Of a stretch of DNA of 64,000 nt, positions 26,975 to 36,698 are shown one piece after another. The stretch lies in contig JACKKF010000009.1 of NCBI GenBank assembly GCA_020637555.1, forward strand, positions 13,835-77,834. Direction: 5' to 3'. The DNA comes from Rhodobacter sp. (GTDB lineage Bacteria > Pseudomonadota > Alphaproteobacteria > Rhodobacterales > Rhodobacteraceae). Under the pieces are notes generated by a model. That model saw only the letters and a program-made list of their open reading frames with translations. It was not told the DNA's origin and ran no database searches. A program made the translations under genes and the position numbers. The first letter of the stretch is position 1, and the number at the start of each line of letters is the position of its first letter.

Positions 26975-29059
26975 ATGACCGCCTGGACCCCGGACCAACC
27001 GATCCTTGAAATCGAGAACCTCTCGATCAGTTTCTTCACCCGCCTGCGCGAGATCCCCGCGGTGATGGATTTCTCCTGCACCGTCATGCCGGGCGAGGCG
27101 ATGGGCCTGGTGGGGGAATCGGGCTGCGGGAAATCCACCGTGGCACTGGCGGTCATGCGGGACCTCGGGGTGAACGGCCGGATCGTCGGCGGCACGATCA
27201 AGTTCAAGGGCCGCGATCTGACCGCCATGTCCCAGGACGAGTTGCGCACCCTGCGCGGGTCGGAAATCGCCATGATCTATCAGGAACCCATGGCGTCCCT
27301 GAACCCGGCGATGAAGATCGGCGCGCAACTGGCTGAAGTGCCGATGATTCACGAGGGCATGTCCAGGAAGGACGCGCTGGCGCTGGCACGCCAGCTTGTG
27401 GCCGATGTGCGCCTGCCCGACCCCGACCGCATCCTGAATTCCTATCCGCACCAGTTGTCGGGTGGCCAGCAGCAGCGGATCGTCATCGCCATGGCGCTGA
27501 TGTCCAAGCCCGCGCTTCTGATCCTGGACGAACCGACCACCGCACTCGATGTCACGGTCGAGGCCGGCATCGTCGACCTGGTCAACGATCTGGCCGAGAA
27601 ATACGGCACGTCGATGCTGTTCATCTCGCACAACCTCGGTCTGGTGATGGAGGTCTGCGACCGCATCACCGTGATGTATTCCGGCGAAGCGGTCGAAACC
27701 GGCAACATCAAGGATGTGTTCGACAAGATGCGCCATCCCTACACGCAGGCGCTGTTCCGCTCGATCCCGCTGCCCGGCGCCGACAAGACCTCGCGCCCGC
27801 TGCGCGCCATTCCCGGCAACTTTCCGTTGCCGCACGAACGCCCGCCGGGGTGCAATTTCGGTCCGCGCTGCGACTATTTCCAGGCCGGGCGCTGCGACGC
27901 GGTCGATATCGCCATGGCCCCGGTGGCGGGGGACACGCGGCATGACAGCCGCTGCCTGAAATTCGACGAGATCGACTGGGCCGCCCCTCTGGCCGCGGGT
28001 GAACACCACGACCGGTCCGAAATCGGCGATGTCGTGCTGAAGATGGACGACGTGCGCAAGTATTACGAGGTTGCCGCCTCGTCGCTGTTCTCGGGGGGCG
28101 ACACCAAGGTGGTCAAGGCCAACGAAACCCTCAGCTTCGATGCACGCGAGGGCGAGACGCTGGCCATTGTCGGCGAATCTGGCTGTGGCAAATCCACCTT
28201 CGCCAAGGTTCTGATGGGGCTGGAAACGGCCACCGCGGGCAAGATCATGCTGTTCGACGAGAACGTGCAGAACACGCCGATTCAGCAACGCAACACCGAT
28301 ACCGTTTCCTCGCTGCAGATGGTATTCCAGAACCCCTTTGACACGCTCAACCCGTCGATGACCGTGGGCCGCCAGATCGTGCGCGCGCTGGAAATCTTCG
28401 GCGTCGGTGACACGGATGCCGAGCGCCAGCAACGGATGCTGGAACTGCTGGACCTGGTGAAGCTGCCGCGCGAATTCGCGACCCGCATGCCGCGCCAGCT
28501 TTCGGGCGGGCAGAAGCAGCGGGTGGGGATCGCGCGCGCCTTTGCCGGCAACGCCAAGGTGGTGATCGCGGACGAGCCGGTCTCGGCCCTCGACGTGTCG
28601 GTGCAGGCGGCCGTGACCCAGCTTCTGATGGACATCCAGCGCGAACATCGCACCACGCTGCTGTTCATCTCGCATGATCTCAGCATCGTGCGGTATCTCA
28701 GCGATCGGGTTCTGGTGATGTATCTGGGGCATGTGGTGGAACTGGGAACCACGGATCAGGTCTTTGCGCCCCCCTATCATCCCTATACCGAGGCCCTGCT
28801 GTCCGCCGTGCCGATCGCCGATACCCGGATCGAGAAGAAGCGCATCGTGCTGGAAGGCGACATTCCGTCAGCCGTCAACCCGCCGCCGGGCTGCCCGTTC
28901 CAGACGCGCTGCCGCTGGAAATCCCAGGTCGCGGGCGGTCTGTGCGACCGCGAGATGCCGCCGATGCGCAAGCTCGGTGATGGCCACCAGATCAAGTGCC
29001 ACCTGTCCGAGGCCGAACTGGCGGGCATGGAGCCGGTGTTCAAGATCGCGGCCGAGTAA
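26975..29059 (+). CDS. fused double ATP-binding protein of the Dpp/Opp-type ABC importer
   Basis: Two Walker A motifs (GESGCGKST twice), two signatures (LSGGQQQR, LSGGQKQR) and C-terminal oligopeptide-type Cys motifs. Confidence 0.9.
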   Translation: MTAWTPDQPILEIENLSISFFTRLREIPAVMDFSCTVMPGEAMGLVGESGCGKSTVALAVMRDLGVNGRIVGGTIKFKGRDLTAMSQDELRTLRGSEIAMIYQEPMASLNPAMKIGAQLAEVPMIHEGMSRKDALALARQLVADVRLPDPDRILNSYPHQLSGGQQQRIVIAMALMSKPALLILDEPTTALDVTVEAGIVDLVNDLAEKYGTSMLFISHNLGLVMEVCDRITVMYSGEAVETGNIKDVFDKMRHPYTQALFRSIPLPGADKTSRPLRAIPGNFPLPHERPPGCNFGPRCDYFQAGRCDAVDIAMAPVAGDTRHDSRCLKFDEIDWAAPLAAGEHHDRSEIGDVVLKMDDVRKYYEVAASSLFSGGDTKVVKANETLSFDAREGETLAIVGESGCGKSTFAKVLMGLETATAGKIMLFDENVQNTPIQQRNTDTVSSLQMVFQNPFDTLNPSMTVGRQIVRALEIFGVGDTDAERQQRMLELLDLVKLPREFATRMPRQLSGGQKQRVGIARAFAGNAKVVIADEPVSALDVSVQAAVTQLLMDIQREHRTTLLFISHDLSIVRYLSDRVLVMYLGHVVELGTTDQVFAPPYHPYTEALLSAVPIADTRIEKKRIVLEGDIPSAVNPPPGCPFQTRCRWKSQVAGGLCDREMPPMRKLGDGHQIKCHLSEAELAGMEPVFKIAAE

Positions 29060-29128
29060 GGCCGCGCGGCCCCGACCGCATCGGCGGGGTGCCCCCCGTG
29101 GCGCCCCACGGTTACGGGCTCGCGCCGG

Positions 29129-29767
29129 TCACTCGCGGAAGTTGCGGCTTTCCTTGATCTGGTCCCAGGCCCAGACGACCTCTTGCAGGCGTTCCTCGTC
29201 GGCGCGGTTGCCGCCGTTCAGGTCCGGGTGCAGATCCTTGACCAGACCCTTGTATTGCTTGCGGATTTCAGCGCGGGTCCAGGTGTCGCGCGCGTCCAGG
29301 ATTTCCAGCGCCTTGCGCTCGGTCGCGGGCAGCTTGCGGGTGGCCCCGCTGCGCGCGCGCGTTTCGGTCCGGCGCTGGGTGGCCTTTTCGCCCAGCACCT
29401 GGAACGGGTCGTCGATACCGTGGCGCGCCCAGCCCTTGGCCTCGCGGTGGTTGGTGCCGAAGGCGTCGGTGGCGCGGCCCCAGACCCGGTCGCGTTCCAC
29501 CGTATCGGCCATCTCGGCCTCGGTCTGGCCGGAAAAGAAATTCCATTTCAGATTGTATTCGCGGACATGGTCCTTGCAGAACCACAGGTAGTCGTCCAGC
29601 GCGTCCGGCGAGCGCGGCGCGCGGTATTGCCCGGCCTCCTGGCATCCGGGATGCTGGCACTGCCGGGCCGAGGTCTCGACCGCGCCGGACATGCCGCGTC
29701 GGCCACGGGTGCGCTTTTTCTTGTCGTTAGACGCCCGGATGTCGAAGTTGAACGGATCTCGCGTCAT
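29129..29767 (-). CDS. J-domain protein (C-terminal DnaJ domain with HPD, N-terminal Cys/His-rich segment)
   Basis: ..IRKQYKGLVKDLHPDLNGGN.. J-domain, plus CQHPGC..(22 aa)..FCKDH. Confidence 0.8.
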   Translation of the reverse strand: MTRDPFNFDIRASNDKKKRTRGRRGMSGAVETSARQCQHPGCQEAGQYRAPRSPDALDDYLWFCKDHVREYNLKWNFFSGQTEAEMADTVERDRVWGRATDAFGTNHREAKGWARHGIDDPFQVLGEKATQRRTETRARSGATRKLPATERKALEILDARDTWTRAEIRKQYKGLVKDLHPDLNGGNRADEERLQEVVWAWDQIKESRNFRE

Positions 29768-29948
29768 CGGTCCTGCCGCTGGTCAATCTGTCGTCACTGT
29801 GCCGCCCGGGCCAGGGTGACGGATCGGCGCCGTCCAGCCCGGGGGCACGAGTCGGAGGCGGGAGTTTACAGGTTTCGCAAGGGGAAAGGAAAGGGTCCCC
29901 GCCGGCGGAATTGACCGATTGGCCGAATTCGGCCCGGTCAGGCGCCGC

Positions 29949-30479
29949 TCAGTCCTCGTCCTGGCGGGGGGGGCGGGGGCGCAGCACCGGTTCGATCCGG
30001 GCGGTAGGGCCGTCGCCGCGCAGCATCGCGCCCGCACGGAACACCGGTTCGCGCCGGGGTTGCGGGGCCGGCTGGACCTCGGGCTGGTCGTCGTGCGCGG
30101 ATTCGTAATAGGGCGCGGCCGGACCATCGGCGTCCGGGCGTGCCTCGGCATAGGCGGCGGCGTATTCGGCTTCGTAGCTGGGGGTTGCCTCGGGTTCGGA
30201 TTCGAACTGCGCGGCGGCGACCAGGGCGGCGCTGGCATCCGGACGCGGCTGGCCCAGCTCACGCGCGAAGATCATCACGACCTGCGTGCTGGTGCGCGCG
30301 CCGCCAAAGCGTTTGCGCTCTTCGCAGGGCAGGGTTTCGGTGCGAACGAACTGCCAGCCCCCGGCCGCCTCGGCGTTGATGCGTTCGGCAAGGGCATGGG
30401 CAAAGCGTTCGGCGACGGTCTTGAGACCCTTGGCTTTGGCCGCGCGCAGTGGCGCGGGAACGACCTTGTATTCATACAT
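29949..30479 (-). CDS. DUF4177-like protein with a Pro/Ala/Glu-rich tail
   Basis: MYEYKVVPAP....GLKT...RFA..L...IN..A..GWQFVR.ETLP is the typical DUF4177 start. The longer track ORF (to 30560) was trimmed. Confidence 0.65.
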   Translation of the reverse strand: MYEYKVVPAPLRAAKAKGLKTVAERFAHALAERINAEAAGGWQFVRTETLPCEERKRFGGARTSTQVVMIFARELGQPRPDASAALVAAAQFESEPEATPSYEAEYAAAYAEARPDADGPAAPYYESAHDDQPEVQPAPQPRREPVFRAGAMLRGDGPTARIEPVLRPRPPRQDED

Positions 30480-30642
30480 GAGGATGATCCGCCTGCGTTT
30501 CAGGGCCTTTTGCGGCAATCGCGCCGACAATGCAAGCCGCCAGCGCGCCGGCGGCCGCAATCGGCGCCGACTGCACGCGGTTTTTATTGAGCGGCAAACC
30601 GGCGCGATGCTAGCGTGGACAGGTTTTCAAGGAGGGATTCTC

Positions 30643-31161
30643 ATGCAAACGGCATTCAAGGGCATGGCGCTGTCACTGCTGATGGCCTCGGCAGGCGTGC
30701 CGGCGGCCGCCCAGATCGGCGGCATGGTCACGGGCAACGATGTCGATCGCATCATGGACCTGGCGCGCGCCTATGGCACCATCGAACGGCGTCAGGACGA
30801 CCAGGGCGTCTGGCTGCGCGGCGAGATGGACGGCACGGTCTATACCATCTCGTTTCTGAATTGCGACGATGCGGACCAGAACTGCACCTCGGTCCAGTTC
30901 CGCGCCTGGTGGGAATCGAACGGCGAAACCACGCTGGACCAGGTCAATCAGTGGAACCGCGATCGGCGCTTTTCGGCCGCGTATCTCGACAGCCGCAACA
31001 ATGCGACGATCGAATGGGACGTGAACCTGGCGGGCGGTGTCACCGCCGAGAATTTCGACGACAACATCCAGTGGTGGCAGGTCGTCATGCGCCAGTTCCG
31101 CGACGAGGTCGCCGATCCGCAGGGCAACCCGGGTTCGACCACACCGCCGGCGGGCAAGTGA
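30643..31161 (+). CDS. secreted YbjN-like domain protein (family call tentative)
   Basis: AAGGAGGG SD, signal peptide MQTAFKGMALSLLMASAGVPAAAQ, and a ..TISFLNCDD....C.SVQF.. pattern. Confidence 0.55.
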   Translation: MQTAFKGMALSLLMASAGVPAAAQIGGMVTGNDVDRIMDLARAYGTIERRQDDQGVWLRGEMDGTVYTISFLNCDDADQNCTSVQFRAWWESNGETTLDQVNQWNRDRRFSAAYLDSRNNATIEWDVNLAGGVTAENFDDNIQWWQVVMRQFRDEVADPQGNPGSTTPPAGK

Positions 31162-31167
31162 CCCGGT

Positions 31168-31734
31168 TCAGTTCCGGCACTGGGGCAGGGCAGCGGTAAA
31201 GGCCGCCACCTCGCGGCGATGGTCGGCGTTGCGCATCGGCGGCCAATCGGCGGCAACCCCGCCCGCGCCCCGTGCCAGCACGCCGTCCCGCGTGACGGCG
31301 GCATTGGCGATGCGCACTGCGCAGGCCAGATTGGCGGCGCCGTCATAAAGCCCGGCCTCGGGCAGGTCGCAGTCATGATGGCGTGCGGTCGCGGGCGAGA
31401 TCTGCAACAGCCCGCGATAGGCCCCGCCGCCACCGGCAGCGCGGGGGTTCCAGGTGCTTTCAAACCGTGCGAGCCCCGAGAAGAACGCCACATAAAAGGC
31501 CGCCCGCTCGCGCGGCGCGGCGGTCGCATAGCCCGGGCAGAAGGTCTCGACATCGGCGGGAACGCTGGTCACCATCGGCGCGCCATCGGTCATCAGGGCC
31601 TGCATCATCGCCGCGTTCCAGGCGCTGGCCTCGGGGCGGTGGTTCCAGCGGGCGGCGACATCGGGGCCGGTTTCGGCCTGGGGCGCGCCGGCGCAGGCGG
31701 CCAGCAGGGGCAAGAGGAACAGGGCAAGCCGCAT
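31168..31734 (-). CDS. putative lipoprotein with a lytic-transglycosylase (SLT)-like core
   Basis: Lipobox LLPLLAAC; ..ESTWNP.....YRGLLQISPATA.. resembles the SLT catalytic region. Confidence 0.55.
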   Translation of the reverse strand: MRLALFLLPLLAACAGAPQAETGPDVAARWNHRPEASAWNAAMMQALMTDGAPMVTSVPADVETFCPGYATAAPRERAAFYVAFFSGLARFESTWNPRAAGGGGAYRGLLQISPATARHHDCDLPEAGLYDGAANLACAVRIANAAVTRDGVLARGAGGVAADWPPMRNADHRREVAAFTAALPQCRN

Positions 31735-31933
31735 CGGAGGTCCTTTGCTGAGGGCCGGACGTTCATGCGTCACGGTGCGGCCCCGCGCAAGTCGGCGCTG
31801 AACCCGCGCGCCCGGGGTGCGCGGAAAGGTGCCGGGCGGTCTGGCGCCAAGCGCCCGCCCTTTGCCCAAATTTGGACAAATCCGGCTGGCAGGGTCGCCT
31901 GATCGCACCCTGTCCAGTTCGAGGAATACCCGC

Positions 31934-32620
31934 ATGTCCCGTCGCCCGCGCACCGCCGCACAACATGTCCACAGCTTCTTTCTGAAGGCGATCGGCTGGT
32001 ATGGGCTGATGTTCGTGCCGATTCTGGTCTTTGCGATGGTCGCGGGCCTGACCAGGGACGACATTCCGCAGCCCTATGTTCTGGTCGCGACGGCGGTGGC
32101 CTTGCCGGTTTCGCTGTTGCTGATCTCGGATCGCGGACGGCCCTGGTTCCTGCTGCGCCCGGCGTCGCTTCTCAGCGGCATCGGGGCCTTCCTGCTTGTC
32201 GGCTTGCTGTTCCTGCCGATCGTGCTGCAGGTCGTCTTTACCGTCCTCAATTTCGACCTGACGGTCTTTTTCGAGCGCGCCGGGATCGCGGCGCCGTCGC
32301 TCGAAATTCTGGCGGATCAGGTGTCGATGGGGCAGTATCTGGCCGCCCAGGCCGCCGGCAAGGACCTGACCGGTGTCACGATCGACTCGCAGGCGCTTCT
32401 GGGCCTGTCGCTGGTGGCGGCGACGCTCGCGCTGATGCCGATCAGCGTGTCCAGCTGGATCGTGTCCTTGATGTCGCTCTTTGTCCGGTATCGGGATGAC
32501 ACACCCAGGCCCGCCCAAACCCAGCGACCCGTGCAGGACCCCGACGAGGCCCGGGCCGAGCGCGCGGCGGCGCTCAGGGCGATGAAGATCCGCATGAACC
32601 GGCGCGCCCAGATGGGCTGA
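31934..32620 (+). CDS. hypothetical multi-pass membrane protein (228 aa)
   Basis: GAGGA SD 8 nt upstream of the ATG at 31934; 5-6 hydrophobic helices; no recognisable motif. Confidence 0.5.
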   Translation: MSRRPRTAAQHVHSFFLKAIGWYGLMFVPILVFAMVAGLTRDDIPQPYVLVATAVALPVSLLLISDRGRPWFLLRPASLLSGIGAFLLVGLLFLPIVLQVVFTVLNFDLTVFFERAGIAAPSLEILADQVSMGQYLAAQAAGKDLTGVTIDSQALLGLSLVAATLALMPISVSSWIVSLMSLFVRYRDDTPRPAQTQRPVQDPDEARAERAAALRAMKIRMNRRAQMG

Positions 32621-32714
32621 ACGCGGTGGCGCGGGCGCGGTTCCTCTTGCCCCCCTCGCGGCCCTGTCCTAAGACGCAGGAACCGCGAGACAGCAACTCA
32701 GGGAACCCCGCGCC

Positions 32715-34229
32715 ATGCTCGACCTCAGCTTTGATGCCCCTCAGCCCAAGGTGATTTCCGGGGCGACCGGCGACTGGGAACTGGTGATCGGGATGGAAAT
32801 CCACGCCCAGGTCTCGACCCAGGCCAAGCTGTTTTCCGGCGCCAGCACCCGGTTTGGCGCCGAGCCGAACGCGAACGTGTCCTTCATCGATGCGGCGATG
32901 CCCGGGATGCTGCCCGTGGTCAACGAATTCTGCATCCGTCAGGCGGTGCTGACCGGGCTGGGGCTGAAGGCGCAGATCAACCTGCGTTCGGCCTTTGACC
33001 GCAAGAACTATTTCTACCCCGACAACCCCCAGGGCTATCAGATCAGCCAGCTTTACCACCCCATCGTGGGCGAGGGCGAGGTGATCGTCGAGATGGGCCC
33101 GGGTGTCGCGCGCGTGGTCCGGATCGAGCGCATCCATGTCGAACAGGACGCGGGCAAGTCGATCCACGACATGGACCCGACCATGTCCTTCATCGATCTG
33201 AACCGCACCGGCGTGCCGCTGATGGAGATCGTCAGCCGTCCCGACATTCGCGGCCCCGAGGAAGCGGCGGCCTATGTCGTCAAGCTGCGCCAGATCCTCC
33301 GCTATCTGGGCACCTGCGACGGCAACATGCAGAACGGCAACCTGCGCGCGGATGTGAACGTCTCGGTCTGTCGGCCGGGCCAGTATGAGAAATATCAGGA
33401 AACCCAGGATTTCAGCCATCTCGGCACGCGCTGCGAGATCAAGAACATGAACTCGATGCGCTTCATCCAGCAGGCCATCGACTATGAAGCCCGCCGCCAG
33501 ATCGCCATTCTGGAAGACGGTGGCAAGGTGGATCAGGAAACGCGCCTCTATGATCCCGACAAGGGCGAGACGCGCTCGATGCGGTCCAAGGAAGAGGCGC
33601 AGGACTATCGCTATTTCCCGGACCCCGATCTGCTGCCGCTGGAAATCGAACAGGCCTGGGTTGACGAGATCGCCGCCGCGATGCCCGAACTGCCGGACGC
33701 CAAGAAGGCGCGCTTCATGGATGGCCTTGGCCTGACCGATTACGACGCCTCGGTTCTGACGGCGGATGTCGAGAACGCCGATTTCTTCGAGGCGGTCGTC
33801 GCCGCAGGCGAGGATGGCAAACTGGCCGCGAACTGGGTCATCAACGAATTGTTCGGCCGCCTGAAGAAGGAAGGGCTGGAGATCGGCGAAAGCCCCGTCA
33901 GCCCGGCGCAACTGGGCGGTGTCATCCGGTTGATCCGGTCGGGCGACATTTCGGGCAAGATCGCCAAGGACCTGTTCGAGATCCTCTGGACCGAGGGCGG
34001 CGATCCGGCCGCCATCGTCGAGAGCCGCGGCATGAAGCAGGTCACCGACACCGGCGCGATCGAGAAGGCGGTGGACGAGATCATCGCCGCCAACCCCGCG
34101 CAGGTGGAAAAGGCGCAGCAGAACCCCAAGCTGGCGGGCTGGTTCGTCGGTCAGGTGATGAAGGCCACCGGCGGCAAGGCGAACCCGGCCGCGGTCAACG
34201 CGCTGGTGATGCAGAAGCTCGGGCTGTAA
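32715..34229 (+). CDS. gatB: Asp-tRNA(Asn)/Glu-tRNA(Gln) amidotransferase subunit B
   Basis: [45 protein letters not shown] and [10 protein letters not shown] motifs. Confidence 0.95.
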   Translation: MLDLSFDAPQPKVISGATGDWELVIGMEIHAQVSTQAKLFSGASTRFGAEPNANVSFIDAAMPGMLPVVNEFCIRQAVLTGLGLKAQINLRSAFDRKNYFYPDNPQGYQISQLYHPIVGEGEVIVEMGPGVARVVRIERIHVEQDAGKSIHDMDPTMSFIDLNRTGVPLMEIVSRPDIRGPEEAAAYVVKLRQILRYLGTCDGNMQNGNLRADVNVSVCRPGQYEKYQETQDFSHLGTRCEIKNMNSMRFIQQAIDYEARRQIAILEDGGKVDQETRLYDPDKGETRSMRSKEEAQDYRYFPDPDLLPLEIEQAWVDEIAAAMPELPDAKKARFMDGLGLTDYDASVLTADVENADFFEAVVAAGEDGKLAANWVINELFGRLKKEGLEIGESPVSPAQLGGVIRLIRSGDISGKIAKDLFEILWTEGGDPAAIVESRGMKQVTDTGAIEKAVDEIIAANPAQVEKAQQNPKLAGWFVGQVMKATGGKANPAAVNALVMQKLGL

Positions 34230-34245
34230 GGCCCGGGCCGACCGG

Positions 34246-35457
34246 CTAACGTTCCTGCAGGGCCCGCATGATCTGGGTGCGGGCGATGCCCCGCGCTTCC
34301 ATCTGTGCAAGGGCCGCGTCCGCGTCACCCATCCGTTGTGCGATCGTGAGGATGTTGCGCACCGAAGGCGCGAAGGTCACGCTTCGCGGCGAACTGGCGC
34401 CAAGATGCTCGATGGCAAGGCCCCGCCAGCGCATGTAGGCCTCGCGCCATCCGTCGGCCCCCAGACGGCTGACCAGATCGGCCAGAATCGCATAGGTGTA
34501 GGCCGAGGCGATGTCGGGTCTCTCGCTGGCGACCGAGTCAAGCGCCGCGATCAGCTGTTCCAGATAGCCGAGCGCCCGGTTGCGTTCGGCGATGTTGGCG
34601 GCCTGCGAATACACCTGATCGTGCGTGACCGCCGGGGCCGATCGCACGACCAGCAGCGCGGAATCCCAGGCGGTGCTGCGGATCTGCTCGGCGCTGTCGC
34701 CCGATCGAACCAGCGCGCCGTCCAGCACGTCATACCGCACGCCCAGCAGATCCTCCTGGGCGAGACGGGCGACGCGGTAGTTCGGCGTGGGGCGCAGGAC
34801 ATACGCCAGCGCATGGAGCTGCGCGGCCTCGTGTCGGAATCCCAGGCGCGAGGCGATAATTCCGGAATTATACACATCGTTCGCGTCCATCCGCCGCGCC
34901 AGCGCCGCGTCCAGCGCCCGCCCCAGCAGAAGCGAGACCTCAAGCGCATCATCGTCGCTCAACCGCCGCGTCGCGGACTGCCCGTCCTGATCGTTGGGTT
35001 GTTCGTCGCTGGCCGGGACGCTTGCGCGCTCCAGCTCCTCGAGACGGGGAAAGATCTGTGCCGGGGCCTCGTCAACCTGCGAGGCAACCCGATCCAGGAA
35101 ACGCAGACTGTCCAGCAGCTGTTGCAGCGTGGCCAGTTCCGCATTGCCCGCGGCGAACTGCCTGCGCAGATCCGCGATCTGGTCGGCGGTCTGTTCCGTG
35201 TCGGTGATCGCCTGGCTGACCAGGACCCGGACGGATTCGTTGATTTCACCCCGCACGGCCGCCAGGCTGTTGCCAAAGACGAAGGCCGCAAGCGCGCCTG
35301 CGACCACGACGAGGGTCGAAACCACACCGACGGTCCAGCGGATCCAGCGATGTTCGAGTTCCGCTTCGCGCCTGAGAAGGGAAAGCTCGGCGTCCACGCG
35401 CCGCTCGAGTTCGGAAGGGGTCGGCGGCTGGATGGCGGGATCCGGCGTCGCGGTCAT
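34246..35457 (-). CDS. hypothetical protein (403 aa): one TM helix, a coiled-coil-like segment, an acidic linker and a helical C-terminal domain of about 230 aa
   Basis: GGAGG SD 6 nt before the ATG at 35457; native GC3-rich codon usage; no motif I recognise. Confidence 0.6.
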   Translation of the reverse strand: MTATPDPAIQPPTPSELERRVDAELSLLRREAELEHRWIRWTVGVVSTLVVVAGALAAFVFGNSLAAVRGEINESVRVLVSQAITDTEQTADQIADLRRQFAAGNAELATLQQLLDSLRFLDRVASQVDEAPAQIFPRLEELERASVPASDEQPNDQDGQSATRRLSDDDALEVSLLLGRALDAALARRMDANDVYNSGIIASRLGFRHEAAQLHALAYVLRPTPNYRVARLAQEDLLGVRYDVLDGALVRSGDSAEQIRSTAWDSALLVVRSAPAVTHDQVYSQAANIAERNRALGYLEQLIAALDSVASERPDIASAYTYAILADLVSRLGADGWREAYMRWRGLAIEHLGASSPRSVTFAPSVRNILTIAQRMGDADAALAQMEARGIARTQIMRALQER

Positions 35458-35627
35458 GGCGGCCTCCAAACACTTGCGGACAGGCGTGATCATACCCAGG
35501 ATTGAATGGCTGTCGAACAGTTACCCGTTTTCGGCGAAAAAAATCGACACGGAAGCATCTCGCTTTTCCGGTTCGGCTGGTTTATTGCTTTCGGGTCGCA
35601 GACCGCCAAACACGAATGTTGGGATCC

Positions 35628-36098
35628 ATGAAGACCAAGATCGCCCTGAGCCTGGCCACCGTTCTGGCCCTTGCAACCCCTGCGGTCGCTCAAAGCGCCT
35701 ATACCAGCTTTGCCCTTGGTGCCACCGATGCCGGCAGCGCCTCGCTGGCGTTGCGCTGGCACGGCGTTCCGCATGATCGCGGCTGGAGCTGGGCCGCCGG
35801 GATCTGGGCGACCACCGACCGTTCGGCCTGGATCGGCGGCGGCGTCAGCTACACGCTGCGCCCGGGCAATGGCAACGTCTTTGTGCGCGGCTCGTTCATG
35901 CCGGGGCTCTATGCGCGCGGAAATGGGCGCGATCTGGGTGGCGCGCTGGAATTCGCCACCGGGGTCGAGGTCGGCACCGAACTGCGCAACGGCGCACAGG
36001 TGTCGCTGCTGCTCGAGCATCGCTCGAACGCGGGGATCTATTCGAACAACCCCGGCGTCAATGCGCTGTCGGTTGTCTATTCGATGCCGCTCAACTGA
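35628..36098 (+). CDS. outer-membrane acyloxyacyl hydrolase / lipid A deacylase (PagL)-like protein
   Basis: Signal peptide MKTKIALSLATVLALATPAVAQ, beta-barrel-like alternation, and the C-terminal ..LEHRSNAGI... motif typical of PagL-like proteins. Family call is from memory. Confidence 0.6.
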   Translation: MKTKIALSLATVLALATPAVAQSAYTSFALGATDAGSASLALRWHGVPHDRGWSWAAGIWATTDRSAWIGGGVSYTLRPGNGNVFVRGSFMPGLYARGNGRDLGGALEFATGVEVGTELRNGAQVSLLLEHRSNAGIYSNNPGVNALSVVYSMPLN

Positions 36099-36678
36099 CT
36101 GTCCGGCGCGTCACGAACAGCGCGGTGACCAGCAGGCCGATCAGGCCTCCGGCGATCACCGCGCTGACGGTATGCGCATTTTCCATCAGCCGGGCCCACA
36201 GGGTCAGGGCCGTGATCGGCAGTGTCAGCAAGAGCCACGCCCAGCCATAGCGACGGCCCAGAAACCACAGCGCGGCCGAGGCCAGCGCCGAGTGCCCCGA
36301 GGGCATGTTGTGATGGGAACCCGGTCCATAGGGGCGCTCGCCGAGGCGGGTGCCGCCGATCACCACCCCGTCCAGCAACCGTTTCGGCCCATGCGTGGCG
36401 ACAAGCCCCGCCACGGTGGCCACCGCCAGTTGCCTGAGCCCCGTCCAATCCCTGAGAACCAGCGGCACGGCGATGGCCGCCAGCGTGTTCAGGTGGCGCA
36501 GGCCCGTCTCTGTCATCTGCACCAGCGGCGCGTCGGGGTCGTTGGGCGCCTGGCGATAGGCGCTCAGATCCGAGGGATAGACCGTCGCCAGACCGATCGC
36601 GAAAAGGGTCAGCACAATGGCCAGCCGGTTGCGCAGCCAGGCGCGGCGCGGCTGCGTCAGGATCTGGCGCCAGGACAT
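36091..36678 (-). CDS. PAP2-family phosphatase (LpxE/LpxF-like candidate)
   Basis: The acid phosphatase motifs KRLLD....PSGHS.......H are present (GPKRLLDG, MPSGHSALA, ENAHT). Confidence 0.75.
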   Translation of the reverse strand: MSWRQILTQPRRAWLRNRLAIVLTLFAIGLATVYPSDLSAYRQAPNDPDAPLVQMTETGLRHLNTLAAIAVPLVLRDWTGLRQLAVATVAGLVATHGPKRLLDGVVIGGTRLGERPYGPGSHHNMPSGHSALASAALWFLGRRYGWAWLLLTLPITALTLWARLMENAHTVSAVIAGGLIGLLVTALFVTRRTVS

Positions 36679-36698
36679 GACAGGTTGCGCGGTCACGG

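Noticed and set aside
7631-28780. Other very long antisense ORFs (7631..9934-, 17627..20416-, 19980..21356-, 22382..24442-, 24469..26787-, 26870..28780-, and similar ones later such as 51279..53063+ and 59631..61013-)
   Set aside because: Each lies opposite a gene with strong family motifs. They lack SD sequences and recognisable domains, and they are explained by the scarcity of stop codons in DNA of about 66% GC.
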